Source of the DNA: Vicugna vicugna
Lineage: Eukaryota
NCBI GenBank assembly: GCA_013265495.1
Contig: MU057880.1
Location: 186,001 to 250,000 of the forward strand
Direction of reading: 5' to 3'
Length of the DNA: 64,000 bases
Within the stretch, counting starts at the first letter, position 1; the number at the start of each line of letters is the position of its first letter. Shown here piece after piece: positions 61,745-64,000 of the stretch. A model generated the notes under the pieces. That model was not told the DNA's origin. It saw only the letters and a program-made list of their open reading frames with translations, and searched no databases. The position numbers were made by a program, and so were the translations under genes.

Positions 61745-62821
61745 CTGATATAATTAAGAGAGAAACAGTGCACATATGCATGCACACAGACCAACACAGA
61801 ATGCATATGCATTCCTCTAAATGCAGAGAGTGTCCCCTAGAAGCACACAGGAATCTGTAAGAACTGCTCTTTCTAGGCAAGAGAGCAGGCCAGAATGGAA
61901 ATGAATTGAAGCTTATCATTGATACAGCCTTGTGCACACACAGAACTGGTTTAATGTGAGCAGCTTTGACAACAGTCATTTTTTTTTTAATCTTCAGGCT
62001 TAAAGCTGAAGAAATGTTCACAGCTATTATTCATGTCAGCACTTTTCTCTTTAAATTTCCATTGAAATGAAGAAAATTTAGAATTAAAGCAAAGGGAAGA
62101 GAAAGCATTTTAAAATCTTTTCTGCCCCTTTCTTATAGTAAACATATTAAATTTGAGAAAAGGTAGCAGGTTACAGTCAAGGTATATATTTCACTGTTAG
62201 GAATTTGAAGCAACTAAAGTAACTTTAGTTAGTAATTTAGTCATTATTAAGGTAACTTTAATTAATAGTCATGTTTTTATCTTTCTAAAGATTTTGCCAC
62301 ATGACATTTTTAGAAATGACTGCACAAGGTAGAAATTATTTGTAAAATATGGCAGAGTCGGTGTCCACAAACCACACTTTAAATGGAACACAAGGTATCA
62401 TGTATAATTCATCTCCTTCACACTGTAGTGAACTTGGCAGTAACCTCAGTTGAAGCTTACAGATACAGACTTATATTAAGTTTCCGAAGGAAAAGTCTGC
62501 AGTTACTTTTTCCATTCTATAAGGTTTTCTAAATTTGAAATATTCTAAAATGTTTGAGATATTATGTATCAGCATATCTTTAGACTTCTTTCTATTCCTA
62601 AAGCAATCCAGATTATTATCAACGAATTATTACCACCATTACAAGAAGCAAAAATATTTGGTATTTCTAAAGTTCAATATTATTTTCTTTTTGAGACTTT
62701 AATATGTCTTATTTTTTCAGACCACAAAGCAGATAAATTGATATGTGAAGAAAGAACTGGAAAAAAAAAAAGCAAGTCCTTGTGATTATTATAAGTAATA
62801 AATTCTACTTATAAAAGTCCA

Positions 62822-63357
62822 GTGGTTGTGATAAAAATATGTCCACAACTTTTCAAATATTTCTCCCTTTAAGAGATGGGATTTAACTCTTTTCCCCTTG
62901 AGTGGAACATGGCAGAAGTGATGTATCATTTCTGATATTAGGTTATGAAAAGGTTGTAGCTTCCCTTTAAAGTATCAAAAAAAAAAAATCTCTTTCTTAG
63001 AAATTCAGCTGTGATGTATTGAGACCACTCAGGCAGTTTCAGAGAGCTCCACATGGTGAGGAACTGAGATTTCCAGCCGACAGACAGCAAAGAACTAAAA
63101 GCTGCCAACAAGCAAGAGAGTGAGCCTGGAAGTAGATCCCACTCACCCTCATCCCCAGTCAAGCTTTCAGATGACAGCAGCCCTTTCCAATTGTTGGCTG
63201 TAACTTAAAGGCAAAACCTGAGCCAGAACCTTCCAACTACTGATAACTCTGACTTTAAAATTCCTGACTCACAAAAACTACAGGATAACAAATATTTGCT
63301 CTTTTAAGCTGCTGAATTTGGGAGTAATCGGTTATGCAGAGATAGATAATTAATGCA
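62822..63357 (+). mobile_element. MLT1F-type MaLR solo LTR
   Basis: CCACATGGTGAGGAACTGAG..CCCCAGTCAAGCTTTCAGATGAC..TTTTAAGCTGCTGAATTTGGGAGTAAT..ATAGATAATTAATGCA. Confidence 0.88.
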
Positions 63358-63384
63358 TGCCCTAAATCATAGTATGGGTTAAAG

Positions 63385-63925
63385 AGAGCAGACATCCCAT
63401 TTGTACTTCCCCAACAGCCCTTGCTTTGTGGAATCACTCCCTTCCTGCCCTAAATAATCCTCCACAATTCATGACATTCCTGGTATGACTTGACTTTTAC
63501 TCCCTCCCTGGCAAGGAGGCCCAGACCAGCCCAGCAAATCAGAGTATGCAATGCCTTGAGCACAGTGACTGCTTCAGAGTGGAACGTTAAACTGCGCCAA
63601 TCAGAATTCCCTCAAATAACGTTACCAAAGTTCCTGGGGAAAGCTTCGCCCTTCCTCAGAGATCAGCATTTCAAGTTTCACATAAGATTAAAGCTGTCAG
63701 GTCATCTTTTCACTGCATGGAAAGAGGCTTTCTGAAAATTAAGCCAGCAGATACAAGAAAGCAAGCAAATATGAGACAGAAAGAGAGTGTGTTTTCATCC
63801 TACCTTTAAACCTAAATATACTATTATCTACCGTTTACCTCCGACTTAGATGAGCTTTTTTCCAAATTTCAGCTATTGCAGGAAGTTGAGTTGGCTGTCT
63901 GTTTCTCAATGAGTCTGAATGAGTC
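63385..63925. mobile_element. Possible ancient ERVL/MaLR LTR
   Basis: Degenerate motifs GGAATCACTCCC, CAGTGACTGCTTCAG and CCAATCAGAATTCCCT. Family uncertain. Confidence 0.4.
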
Positions 63926-64000
63926 AACTGAATGAGTTCTAATAAATTTGACAAATTTTATGAACTCAAAATACACCTAAGACTTTTGCTTCTGGCCATG

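Noticed and set aside
1..64000. CRISPR arrays, operons or other prokaryotic systems
   Set aside because: The sequence is mammalian, with no regularly spaced repeat-spacer array and no dense coding structure.

Overview
AT-rich, CpG-depleted mammalian DNA, most likely camelid (camel, alpaca or vicuna), inferred from eight copies of a tRNA-derived SINE matching camelid Vic-1. No intact, recognisable protein-coding gene, RNA gene or CRISPR array is supported. The window looks like a large intron or intergenic region, with much of it transposon-derived. Mobile elements include many L1 3' ends with target-site duplications (TSDs), a ~9 kb stack of nested or chimeric L1s (48.4-57.7 kb), a near-full-length Tigger1 carrying a SINE, an ERV-L fragment (integrase, dUTPase, MLT2 3' LTR), several MaLR/ERVL solo LTRs, hAT MITEs, MIR and L2. 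Non-repeat features of interest are a CpG-rich promoter-like patch at ~11.7-11.9 kb, a CTCF-like motif, repeat-poor enhancer-like blocks, and several + strand exon-like segments that could be relics of a decayed gene or lncRNA exons (unverified). Repeat subfamily names come from recalled consensus sequences, not a database search, and boundaries of old elements are approximate.
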